A stretch of DNA of 64,000 nucleotides from an uncultured delta proteobacterium (GTDB taxonomy: Bacteria > Myxococcota > Myxococcia > SLRQ01). The notes beneath the pieces are model-generated. The model was given only the letters and a program-made list of their open reading frames with translations. It was not told where the DNA came from and did not search any database. This document shows, piece by piece, positions 13,752 through 23,546 of the stretch. The DNA lies in assembly GCA_963727485.1 (NCBI GenBank), contig CAVSGM010000002.1, positions 864,001 through 928,000 on the forward strand, given 5' to 3'. A program made the translations under genes and the position numbers. The first letter of the stretch is position 1. Each line of letters begins with the position of its first letter.

Positions 13752-14177
13752 CTAAGGCCGAGCCGCCCCCGCCACGGCCACCCGCACCCCGCTCGCGGCC
13801 TTGACCACCTGGACCAGGGTGGCCAGCGAGCCCTCCACGTAGGGGTCGGGCTGAGGGCGGTTGAGGGCGTCCTCGTGCCACCCCCGGGCGTAGACGTCGG
13901 TCTGGCCCTTGCGGGGGACGAGGCGGAGCACCAGGACGTCCCGGGCGCCCTGGAGACGTGCGCGGGTCAGCCGCAGGGTGAGGTCCCCCGGCCCCACGGT
14001 CATGCTCCGGTCGAAGTCGGCGAGGAGGGGGCTCTGCTGCACCCCCATGAGGATGCGCCGGGCGAGGGGCTGGGGCGCCAGGTCCGGGGCCACCGCCGCC
14101 GGGGGCGTCAGGGGCGCCACGGTGGCGCAGCCGCCGAGGGCGAGGACGAGGAGGGGGACGAGGCTTCGGTGGCGCAT
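13752..14177 (-). CDS. Hypothetical lipoprotein
   Basis: MRHRSLVPLLVLALGGC lipobox. Confidence 0.7.
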   Translation of the reverse strand: MRHRSLVPLLVLALGGCATVAPLTPPAAVAPDLAPQPLARRILMGVQQSPLLADFDRSMTVGPGDLTLRLTRARLQGARDVLVLRLVPRKGQTDVYARGWHEDALNRPQPDPYVEGSLATLVQVVKAASGVRVAVAGAARP

Positions 14178-14244
14178 GACGGGACCTGCCGGGGAGGAGG
14201 TGGGCACCCCCGGGAGCGCGTCTCCTGGGGGCCAACACCAGAGA

Positions 14245-14261
14245 TGGCACGGGCCGTGCCA
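14245..14261 (-). promoter_or_regulatory. Palindromic sigma54 promoter motif
   Basis: TGGCACGG-N-CCGTGCCA; reads GG-N10-GC on both strands; the minus orientation faces the gene starting at 14177. Confidence 0.6.
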
Positions 14262-14351
14262 CCTGGGCGGCCTCCGGATTCCAGGCACTTGGACGCCTCG
14301 GGGCCCCCTGGCCGCGGGTGCCCGGGGACCCGGCGCGCCCCGGGGACCCGG

Positions 14352-16376
14352 CTACCGGCCGGCGGTCACGGCGACCCGGTAGGGCGTGGCCCGGGCGGCG
14401 CCGGTGGCGGCCTCGGTGCGCACCGCCACCCAGAGCGGCGACGGGGCCCGGCGCAGCCAGAGCGAGAGGTCCTGCCCGGTCTCGCCGGTGCGGGCGGCGA
14501 GGGGGCGGGCCCCGGGCCGGCCGAGGCGCCTGGTCCCGGCGGCGTCCCAGACCTCGAGCCGCAGGCGCGCCGAGGCGACCCCGGTCACCGACACCCGCAC
14601 CCGCCCGGCGGGGGGCGCGGCGACCCTGAAGAACCCCACCTGGCCCGGCCCCCCGGGGAGCCCGGCGGCGCCGGTGGCGGGATCGAGGGGCGCCGCGGTC
14701 TCCGGGGTGTCGTCGGGGGCGGTGGCGAGGTGCGGGGCGGCGCGGTAGGTGGCGGCGAGGAGGTGGTAGGGGTCGGAGACGTTCTCGGTGGGCGGCGCCA
14801 GCTTGCCGTCTCGGCCCTGGGTGCGCACCTCCCGGACCTGCAGGTACCAGGTGCCCGGGGTGAGCCCCACCGCCGGGAGCACCTCGCCCACGCCCTTGCC
14901 CCGGGCGTCGGCGCGGGCCACCACGGTGAGCGCCCCCTTGGGGTCCGGGCGAAGCACCGCGAGCACCAGGTCGACGTTGGGGATCGGGGTCACCTGGAGG
15001 TAGCCGGTGGTCGCGCGCTTCACCGTGAGCTTGTACCAGTCCACGTCGCCGGAGGTGGCCGAGTGGCGCCGGCCGATGTGCCCGGTCACCGCCCGCAGCG
15101 ACCCGCCGGCGACCGCCTGGCGCACCGCCGAGAGGTCCGTCTCGACCACCGGGGTGACGACGTTGGCCCGGTTGGGGTCGTCGTTGGGCTCGTGCTCCCG
15201 GGTCAGGGGCGCCGCCCCCGTCCCGAAGTAGGCCCAGGCGCCGCCGAGGGCCCCGGCGAGGAGGATCAGGGGCACCACCGCCTGGAGCATCCGCCGCACC
15301 ACCAGCCCCCGGGCGAAGCGGTCGAAGTCGGCGCGCACCAGCACCTCCTGCTCGCCGGTCCGGCCCTGGGGGAGGGTCGCCTGGGCGCCGGTGGCCGGGC
15401 GGGCGTCGCCGAGGAGGGCCTCGAGGGCGGCGCGCATGGCGTCGGCGCTCTCGAAGCGGTCCGCCGGATCCTTGGCCAGGGCCCGGGCGACGATGGCCTC
15501 CATGGCGGCGCTGACCCCGGCCTCGGGGGCGAGCTGGTGGGCCACGGGCGCCGGCTCGGTGAGGTGGGCGGTGACCACGCCCAGCGGGGTCTCGGCCTCG
15601 AAGGGCGCCCGGCCGGTGAGCAGCTCGAAGATCATGGCCCCGAGCGAGTAGAGATCGCTGCGGGCGTCGAGGGGCTGACCCCGGGCCTGCTCCGGGGAGA
15701 TGTAGCTCGGGGTGCCGACGATCTCGCCCACCCCGGTGCTCGCGGCGTCGTCCCCGGTGCGCAGGATCTTGGCGATGCCGAAGTCGAGGACCTTCACGAA
15801 GTCCTTGCGGTCGCGCAGGTCGAGGATCATCACGTTCTGGGGCTTGACGTCCCGGTGGATGATCCCGGCCTCGTGGGCCTCGGCGAGGCTGCGCAGCACC
15901 TGGATGGCGATCCGCGCCACCCGCGCCTCGGGGAGCCGGCCGCCGCCGGCGAGGCGCACCTCGTGGAGGCTCTCGCCCTTGAGGTACTCCATGGCGAGGT
16001 AGAGCTCGCCGTCGTCGGTCTCGCCGAAGTCGAAGACCTGGATGGTGTTGGGGTGGACGAGGCGCGAGACGATGCGCGCCTCCTGGCGGAAGCGCTCGCG
16101 CAGGGCCCGGCCCCGGGCGCCCTGGAGGAGATCGGCGCGCAGGAGCTTGAGGGCGCAGATCTTCCCCATCCGCGTGTGCTCCACCTGGAACACCGAGCCC
16201 ATGCCCCCCTCGCCGAGCTTCTTGAGGATGCGGTAGCGGCCGTCGACCACCTGGCCGAAGCGGGCGCCGACGAGGGTGTCGGTCTCGCCGCCGAGGCCCC
16301 GGAGGTCGGCGCCGCAGTGGCCGCAGAAGTTGGTGGGGCCATCGAAGGCGGCGCCGCACTTCGGGCACGGAGGCAT
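14352..16376 (-). CDS. Hanks-type Ser/Thr protein kinase with N-terminal zinc ribbon, TM segment and extracytoplasmic PPC-like domains
   Basis: CPKC...[42 protein letters not shown]...DVDWY. Confidence 0.92.
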   Translation of the reverse strand: MPPCPKCGAAFDGPTNFCGHCGADLRGLGGETDTLVGARFGQVVDGRYRILKKLGEGGMGSVFQVEHTRMGKICALKLLRADLLQGARGRALRERFRQEARIVSRLVHPNTIQVFDFGETDDGELYLAMEYLKGESLHEVRLAGGGRLPEARVARIAIQVLRSLAEAHEAGIIHRDVKPQNVMILDLRDRKDFVKVLDFGIAKILRTGDDAASTGVGEIVGTPSYISPEQARGQPLDARSDLYSLGAMIFELLTGRAPFEAETPLGVVTAHLTEPAPVAHQLAPEAGVSAAMEAIVARALAKDPADRFESADAMRAALEALLGDARPATGAQATLPQGRTGEQEVLVRADFDRFARGLVVRRMLQAVVPLILLAGALGGAWAYFGTGAAPLTREHEPNDDPNRANVVTPVVETDLSAVRQAVAGGSLRAVTGHIGRRHSATSGDVDWYKLTVKRATTGYLQVTPIPNVDLVLAVLRPDPKGALTVVARADARGKGVGEVLPAVGLTPGTWYLQVREVRTQGRDGKLAPPTENVSDPYHLLAATYRAAPHLATAPDDTPETAAPLDPATGAAGLPGGPGQVGFFRVAAPPAGRVRVSVTGVASARLRLEVWDAAGTRRLGRPGARPLAARTGETGQDLSLWLRRAPSPLWVAVRTEAATGAARATPYRVAVTAGR

Positions 16377-16571
16377 CTGGCCGGTCTCCTGCTTCCCGTC
16401 CTTGGCTGGGGCACCGCCTTGCACCGGACCTCCTCTACCCGCGGGGCGCCGGGGTCGTCCCCCCAGGGACGGCCGGGGCCCGCGCCTATTCTGACACACC
16501 GCGCCACGGGGCGGCGGCCCCCAGGGGAGAAAGCCGTTCAGGCATGGGCCTACCCGAAGTTTCCCTTGTGA

Positions 16572-17663
<1,092 letters not shown>

Positions 17664-17682
17664 CCGGCGGTAGAACCGGGCG

Positions 17683-19212
17683 ATGCGTTCCCTCGCCCGC
17701 CTCCGCCTCGCCCTGGCCGCGGTCCTCGCCGGCGCCGCCGGGCTCACGGGCTGCGCCACCCGGCGGCCCACCCCCGCCGCGCCGGCCCCGGCGACGGGCG
17801 TCGCCTGGACCCTCCGCTTGGCCGCCCCGGCTGCCGACCCCGAGGTGACCGTCACCACCCCCTGCCTCGGGGGCCGGGCCCCGAAGCTCCGGGTGGGCAA
17901 CCGCCTGGGGCACCTCGACCACCTCGACGCCTTCGTCACCGGGATCACCGCCACCGCCGACGGGACGCCGGTGAACGTCCACCGGAAGGGCGGGACGGTC
18001 ACCGTCGACGCCGGGCGCTGCCGGGTGCTCCGGGTGCGCTACCACCTGGCGCTCCCCCGGGCGCCGTTCCCGGTGGCCGAGGGGGATTCCGAGCGGCCGG
18101 CCCGGGCCGGGGAGCTGCCCTTCTCGGGACGGGCGGGGCTCTTCCTCCTCGGCCGCCTCACCCTCCTCTCGCCGGACGTGGCGCCGGTGGGGCCCGTGCG
18201 CCTGACCCTCGCGGTCCCCCGGGGCTGGCATGCCTACGCGCCCCTCGCCCGGACCCGGGACGGCGCCTTCGTGGCCCCGGACGTGGGCGCGGTGCTCCAC
18301 GCCTTCTATGCCGCCACGCCCCGGGCGGCCCAGGTGGTGCGCGCCGGGGGCAGCACCGCCCGGATCCTCCACCTGGTCGAAGGCGATCCCGGCGCCGACG
18401 CGCACCTCGAGGGCGAGCTTGGGCGGCTGGTGGCGGTGGAGGCGGGCCTCTTCGACGCCGGCGACGCCTGGCACGGGCTGCTCATCGTCAAGGACGACCA
18501 GCCCCCCAAGGGGATCGGCGCCGCCGTCGCCGGGCAGGCGGTCATCCTCGACGTGCCCTTGAAGCGCGACCCCGGCCTCGACGACTTCGCCACCCGGATC
18601 GCCGCCCTGGAGCTCGCCCACACCTGGCGCTGCGCCGCCCGGCCGACCCCGGGCCCCGGTCCGCTCCAGTGGGACTTCCAGGGCGTCGCCCGCTACCTCT
18701 CGTGGCTGGCCTGGGACCGGGTCCAGGGCCGGGGCGACCGCGCGCCGAGCGGGCTCACCAGCGCCCTCGACGAGGCGACCCGGGCGAGCGCCCAGGCCCA
18801 CGAGCCGTCGCTCCTCGCCGCCGGGGCCCGCTTCGCCACCGACCCGGCGGCCCGGACCCTCGCCGGCGCCGGGGGCGCCCTCCTCGCCTTCCACCTCGAT
18901 CGCCGCCTCCGGGCGGAGGGCCTGTCCCTCGTCGGCCTCCTCCGGCGCCTGCGCAACCGGTGGTGCCCCCGGCACCCGACCTTCGGCCTCGCCGACGTCC
19001 TCGCGGTGGCGCGGGCCTACGGCGGCACCAAGGTAGCCGGTGACCTGAAGGCCCAGCTCCACGCCCCGGGCTTCCCCAACCCCAAGACGGTGCTCGCGGG
19101 CACCGACTGCCGCGCCAAGCACACCGGCACCCGCTGGCAGCTGTCCTGCCACTTCACCGGGCCGGCCCCCTCCAAGGAGACCCACCATGACCGACCTCCA
19201 GACCCTCCGTGA
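17683..19212 (+). CDS. Lipoprotein with degenerate gluzincin (M61/M1-like) peptidase region
   Basis: Lipobox LTGC; IAALELAHTW and WDFQGVARY align with HEXXH and W..EG...Y. Confidence 0.6.
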   Translation: MRSLARLRLALAAVLAGAAGLTGCATRRPTPAAPAPATGVAWTLRLAAPAADPEVTVTTPCLGGRAPKLRVGNRLGHLDHLDAFVTGITATADGTPVNVHRKGGTVTVDAGRCRVLRVRYHLALPRAPFPVAEGDSERPARAGELPFSGRAGLFLLGRLTLLSPDVAPVGPVRLTLAVPRGWHAYAPLARTRDGAFVAPDVGAVLHAFYAATPRAAQVVRAGGSTARILHLVEGDPGADAHLEGELGRLVAVEAGLFDAGDAWHGLLIVKDDQPPKGIGAAVAGQAVILDVPLKRDPGLDDFATRIAALELAHTWRCAARPTPGPGPLQWDFQGVARYLSWLAWDRVQGRGDRAPSGLTSALDEATRASAQAHEPSLLAAGARFATDPAARTLAGAGGALLAFHLDRRLRAEGLSLVGLLRRLRNRWCPRHPTFGLADVLAVARAYGGTKVAGDLKAQLHAPGFPNPKTVLAGTDCRAKHTGTRWQLSCHFTGPAPSKETHHDRPPDPP

Positions 19213-20206
19213 AGAAGCGATGCGCCAGGCCCAGGGGGCGATGAGCCTCCAGGTGGCCTTCCTCGGCGTCGCCCGGGGACTGTTCACCGCCCTGGTCGCC
19301 GGCCCGGCCACCGCCGCCGAGCTCGCCGAGCGCGCCGGCGCCGACGCCGGCTACGTGACCAGGTGGTGCGACGCCGCCTACGCCTTTGGCTACCTCGACG
19401 CCGAGGGCGACGCCTTCCGCCTCACCGACAAGGGCGACGCCTTCCGCCCCGAGGCCGAGGGGAGCCTGATGCCGCTGGCGATCCAGCCGGTCCTCGGGGC
19501 CCACATGGTCGAGCGCGCCGCCTCGCTGATGCTCACCGGCGAGCGCCCGGGCGAGTCGGTCCTCGGGGAGCGGCCGGCGATCCTCCCCTGGTTCGGACCC
19601 ATGCTCGAGGCCTCCTTCGGACCGGTGTTCGAGGGCACGGTCCTCCCGGCGGTGCCGGTCTTCGCCGAGGTGGGCGCGCGCGGGGGCCTGGCGGTGGACC
19701 TCGGCTGCGGCAACGGCTGGTACCTGCGGCGCCTGGCGAAGCGCTTCCCGAAGCTGACGGGGATCGGCCTCGACGGCATCGAGGAGAACATCCGCCAGGC
19801 GAGCGCCCGCGCAAACGCCGAGGGCCTCGGAGAGCGCCTCGACTTCCGGGCCGGGGACCTCCACCACTTCGCCGTGGACCGGCCGGCGGACCTCATCGCC
19901 ATGAACCGCGCCCTCCACCACGTGTGGGACCAGAAGGAGAACGTGGCCCGGATCCTCGACGCCCACCTGGCCCCGGGCGGGGCGGTGGTCATCTGGGAGC
20001 CGGCGTGGCCCGACGACCGGGCCGAGCTGCGCACCCCGCCCCGCCGGGGGATGGCGGTGCAGAACCTCTCGGAGCACGTGCAGGGCAACCACTTCCTCCG
20101 GCCCGCGGAGATCGAGGCGGCCCTGGGCTCGGTGGGCCTGGAGACCGAGGTCTTCCGGTTCCGCGAGGGGGCCGAGGCGGTGGTCGTCGGGCGCCGGCAA
20201 CCGTGA
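19187..20206 (+). CDS. Class I SAM-dependent methyltransferase with N-terminal winged helix
   Basis: VDLGCGNG motif I; GLD; GDL; ALHH; N-terminal ELAERAG...RW. Confidence 0.88.
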   Translation: MTDLQTLREEAMRQAQGAMSLQVAFLGVARGLFTALVAGPATAAELAERAGADAGYVTRWCDAAYAFGYLDAEGDAFRLTDKGDAFRPEAEGSLMPLAIQPVLGAHMVERAASLMLTGERPGESVLGERPAILPWFGPMLEASFGPVFEGTVLPAVPVFAEVGARGGLAVDLGCGNGWYLRRLAKRFPKLTGIGLDGIEENIRQASARANAEGLGERLDFRAGDLHHFAVDRPADLIAMNRALHHVWDQKENVARILDAHLAPGGAVVIWEPAWPDDRAELRTPPRRGMAVQNLSEHVQGNHFLRPAEIEAALGSVGLETEVFRFREGAEAVVVGRRQP

Positions 20207-20353
20207 GCCGACCGGGGGCGGGGCCCGGGCGCCGTTCAGCGACTGGACAGGCTCCACCCCCCTGTCCACACCCCGGGCACCTTTCATCTTCCGTCGCCGG
20301 CCCAACCCCCTGGAACCTGGGGCCTTACCCATGTAGACGGATGTAGGTGCATG

Positions 20354-20369
20354 TGGCACGAAGCTTGTA
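20354..20369 (+). promoter_or_regulatory. Sigma54-like promoter (-12 element TTGT) upstream of PilZ genes
   Basis: TGGCACGAAGCTTGTA; inverted repeat at 20244-20268 and IHF-like site at 20303-20315 upstream. Confidence 0.55.
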
Positions 20370-20381
20370 GACTCCGCGCCC

Positions 20382-20918
20382 ATGGCAAACCCCATGATCG
20401 ACGAGACCCTCGACGAGGAGCTGGACGACCTCGAGCTCGACACCGAGCTGGTGGAGACCCCGGAGCCGCCGCAGGTGGACCGCCGCGGCGGGGACCGCCG
20501 GGGCCGGGCGATCCAGGTGATCCGCTTCACCAACGAGCGGCGCCTCGGGGGCGATCGGCGCCACCGGAGCCGCCGGGGCTTCGATCGGGTGCCGGTGGAG
20601 TCCGACGTCCGCCTGCGCCACGCCGGTCGGAGCCTCACCATCCCCTCGGTGGACGTGTCGGTCCTGGGGATCAGCCTCGGGGGCGCGGTGGCCCTGCCGG
20701 TGGGCGCCCTGGTGCGCCTCGCCTTCAGCCTCCCCGACGACCTCGCCGAGTTCCCCATCTTCAGCTGGGCCCAGGTGGTCGCCAGCGAGACCTGCGACGC
20801 CACCCTGCGCCTGCGCTTCGTGGGCCTGCGCGCCTGCGATGCCCGCCGCATCGGCCGCTTCGTGGCCGACGTCTCGCGGCAGAGCCCCCCCGACGGGGAA
20901 GCCCCCTATCGTTTCTAG
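20382..20918 (+). CDS. PilZ-domain protein
   Basis: RRGFDRVP (RxxxR) and DVSVLG (DxSxxG). Confidence 0.8.
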   Translation: MANPMIDETLDEELDDLELDTELVETPEPPQVDRRGGDRRGRAIQVIRFTNERRLGGDRRHRSRRGFDRVPVESDVRLRHAGRSLTIPSVDVSVLGISLGGAVALPVGALVRLAFSLPDDLAEFPIFSWAQVVASETCDATLRLRFVGLRACDARRIGRFVADVSRQSPPDGEAPYRF

Positions 20919-20970
20919 GGAGCGCGATGCTAAGATCGCACCGGTCCTCCTCACCCGGGAGTCGTCAGCG

Positions 20971-21438
20971 ATGAGCGATCGCCGCCAGCAGCACGAGGAC
21001 TTCATCAAGGAGCGCCGTCAGGGCGTGGAGCGCCGTGCCCACCCGCGGCAGCCCGTGGCCATCACCATGGAGCTGACCGCCGGCGGCGACCTCTACTTCC
21101 ACGTGAGCGCCAACCTCTCCACCGGGGGCGCCTTCTTCAACCGGGCGATCCCCCACCCGGTGGGCACCGAGGTCGAGCTGACCTTCCAGCTCCCCGGGCC
21201 CGACGTGGCGCCGGTGCGCTGCCGGGGCGAGGTGGTCAACGTCCCCGAGGAGGGCGACGGCCTGGGGATGGGCGTGCGCTTCCTCGACCTCCCCGAGGCG
21301 GACACCGCCCGGGTCCAGGCCTTCATCGAGGCGGTGGCCGCCCGGGTCGCCGAGGCCAGGGCCGAGGCCAACGCCGACGGCGACGGGGCCACGGGCGCCG
21401 CGACCCCCGCCGAGGGCGACCCCGCCACCGACGGTTGA
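20971..21438 (+). CDS. PilZ-domain protein
   Basis: ERRAHPR, NLSTGG, GMGVRFLDL. Confidence 0.85.
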   Translation: MSDRRQQHEDFIKERRQGVERRAHPRQPVAITMELTAGGDLYFHVSANLSTGGAFFNRAIPHPVGTEVELTFQLPGPDVAPVRCRGEVVNVPEEGDGLGMGVRFLDLPEADTARVQAFIEAVAARVAEARAEANADGDGATGAATPAEGDPATDG

Positions 21439-21470
21439 ATCCCGCCGGCAGCGCCTCCGTCGGTCCCCGC

Positions 21471-22301
21471 ATGACCAAGCACGCCCGCGTCCTCGTCGCC
21501 GCCCTGGTCGTCGCCACCCTCCCGGGGTGCGCCGCCCTCTCGCGGCTCCTCGGCCAGGTGCTCGAGAAGCCGAAGCTGGCCTTCGACCACGCGGCGGTGA
21601 AGACCGTCTCCTTCGACGGGCTCACCCTCGACACCGTGTGGCGGGTGGACAACCCCAACGGCTTCGGCCTCGACCTCTCGCGCCTCGGCTACGCCCTCGC
21701 CGTCGGCGGGCACCCGGTGGCCAGGGGCGACGCCCCCAGCGGGGTCAAGCTCCCGGCCCAGGGCACCGGCCTGGTGACCCTGCCCCTGTCCTTCCGGTTC
21801 CAGGACGTGGTCTCCACCCTCTCCGATCTGGCGAACCGGAGGACCCTCCCCTACGAGGTCTCGGGGACCTTCGGCTTCGACACCCCGGTGGGGGCGGTGA
21901 CCGTGCCCTTCGACCACAAGGGGGCGGTGCCCGTGCCAAAGCTCCCCGGGGTGCGCATCCAGGGGGCGAAGGTCACCTCCCTGTCGTTCACCGGGGCCCG
22001 GATCGAGGTGCGCCTCCAGGTCGAGAACCGCAACGCCTTCCCCCTGGCCCTCGACCGGTTGGCCTACGCGGCGCGGGTGGCCGGGGCCTCGGTGGGGACC
22101 GGCCAGCTCGCCCTCGGGTCGCTGCCTGCCTCGGGGAAGAAGGTCCTGGTGCTCCCCCTCCAGGTCAGCTTCGCCTCGGCGGGGCGGGCGGTCTATGATG
22201 CCCTCCGGTCCGGACACCTGGCGGTGGGGGTGAAGGGCAGCCTCGACGCCGGCGCCGTCCACCTTCCCCTCGACCTCTCCCGGACCGTGGACCTCCGCTG
22301 A
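21471..22301 (+). CDS. Lipoprotein with two LEA type 2 (WHy) domains
   Basis: Lipobox LPGC; VDNPNGF and VENRNAF motifs in two repeats. Confidence 0.85.
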   Translation: MTKHARVLVAALVVATLPGCAALSRLLGQVLEKPKLAFDHAAVKTVSFDGLTLDTVWRVDNPNGFGLDLSRLGYALAVGGHPVARGDAPSGVKLPAQGTGLVTLPLSFRFQDVVSTLSDLANRRTLPYEVSGTFGFDTPVGAVTVPFDHKGAVPVPKLPGVRIQGAKVTSLSFTGARIEVRLQVENRNAFPLALDRLAYAARVAGASVGTGQLALGSLPASGKKVLVLPLQVSFASAGRAVYDALRSGHLAVGVKGSLDAGAVHLPLDLSRTVDLR

Positions 22302-22327
22302 CGGCGCCGGCGGTCCGGGGGAACGCC

Positions 22328-22948
22328 ATGCGACCGACCGTCCTCGTCCTCGCCGCCTTCGTCCTCGCCCTCGGGCCCGTCGACGCCGCCCGGGCCGGCG
22401 ACGGCGGCACCTCGGCCCGCGACGGAGGCCCCGCCGCCAGCGACGACGTCACCCCCAAGGTCGACGTCCCCACCCTCGACCTCGGGGGCCTCGGGGTCCC
22501 CAGCGCCGGGGGCCTCGCCGGCGGCCCCGCCGCCCCCCGGGCGAAGCCGACGGGCCCCAGCAAGACCACCTTCGGCGCCACCGATCTCCGCCTCGCCCGG
22601 CGCTTCGACGCGGTGGCCGGGGGCGGCTGCCGGGCCCGGGCGTCCCTGAAGGGCTTCCGCCTCGACACCTTCCCCGGCACCGTGGCCCCCTTCGAGACCT
22701 GCCTGCGGCTCAGCGCCACCGCCGGGGTGGTCGCCCACCTCGAGGCCCGGATCCTCGACCCCGCCGGCCACCCCATCGCCACCGCCGACGGCGAGGTCTC
22801 CTTCGCCCGGGCCGGGAAGACCCAGGACTTCGTCATCGCCTGGCGGGGGTTTCCCGCGAGGCACCCGGGGACGTATCGTCTGGAGGTCAGCCTCGGCGGC
22901 CGCGGGACGGGGAGCTTCCCCATCGCGGTCGCCCGCGCCCACCGATGA
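22328..22948 (+). CDS. Hypothetical secreted protein
   Basis: Signal peptide; Ig-like C-terminus PGTYRLEV. Confidence 0.65.
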   Translation: MRPTVLVLAAFVLALGPVDAARAGDGGTSARDGGPAASDDVTPKVDVPTLDLGGLGVPSAGGLAGGPAAPRAKPTGPSKTTFGATDLRLARRFDAVAGGGCRARASLKGFRLDTFPGTVAPFETCLRLSATAGVVAHLEARILDPAGHPIATADGEVSFARAGKTQDFVIAWRGFPARHPGTYRLEVSLGGRGTGSFPIAVARAHR

Positions 22949-22961
22949 GCCCCGACGTCCG

Positions 22962-23546
22962 ATGAGCACCTACGCCGTCCCCACCGCCCCCAGCCTCCGG
23001 GACCTCGCCTTCCGGCGGGTGGACCAGGTCGTCCTCGGGGAGATCGAGCGCGCCCGGCCGAGGGTCAAGCGCCTGCGCCGGCGCTACCCCGAGGCCGCCG
23101 AGCGGGAGCTGGTGCAGCGCCTCGTCGACCAGAAGCTCGCCTACGCGGGCACCGGGGGGCTGGTGACCGGCCTCTTCGGCCTGGTGGCCCTGCCCGCGGA
23201 CCTGGTGCTGGTGACCTACCTCCAGGTCTCGGTGATCGTGGAGGTGGCGGTGCTCCACGGGGTGAACCTCAAGTCCCGCCGGGGCCAGGCGGAGGTCCTG
23301 GACATCCTCGCCCGGGGCAACGGGGTGGGGCCGCTGGTCCGCGCCGGGCCGCCGGTCCTCGGGCGCCTCGCCATCTCCCTCTTCGCCCGCCGGGGGCTGC
23401 CGGCGCTGGGGCGCGCGGTGCCGCTGATCGCCGGGCCGGTGTCGGCGTGGCTGAACAACCGCGACATCCAGCGGGTCGGCGACGAGGCCCTGCGCCACTA
23501 CGGCAGCCTCCGTCGCCTCGAGGCCAGGCGGGTCCAGCCCACATGA
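22962..23546 (+). CDS. EcsC-like family protein
   Basis: GGLVTGLFG...PADL...EVA..HG; GRAVPLIAG...N. Confidence 0.7.
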   Translation: MSTYAVPTAPSLRDLAFRRVDQVVLGEIERARPRVKRLRRRYPEAAERELVQRLVDQKLAYAGTGGLVTGLFGLVALPADLVLVTYLQVSVIVEVAVLHGVNLKSRRGQAEVLDILARGNGVGPLVRAGPPVLGRLAISLFARRGLPALGRAVPLIAGPVSAWLNNRDIQRVGDEALRHYGSLRRLEARRVQPT

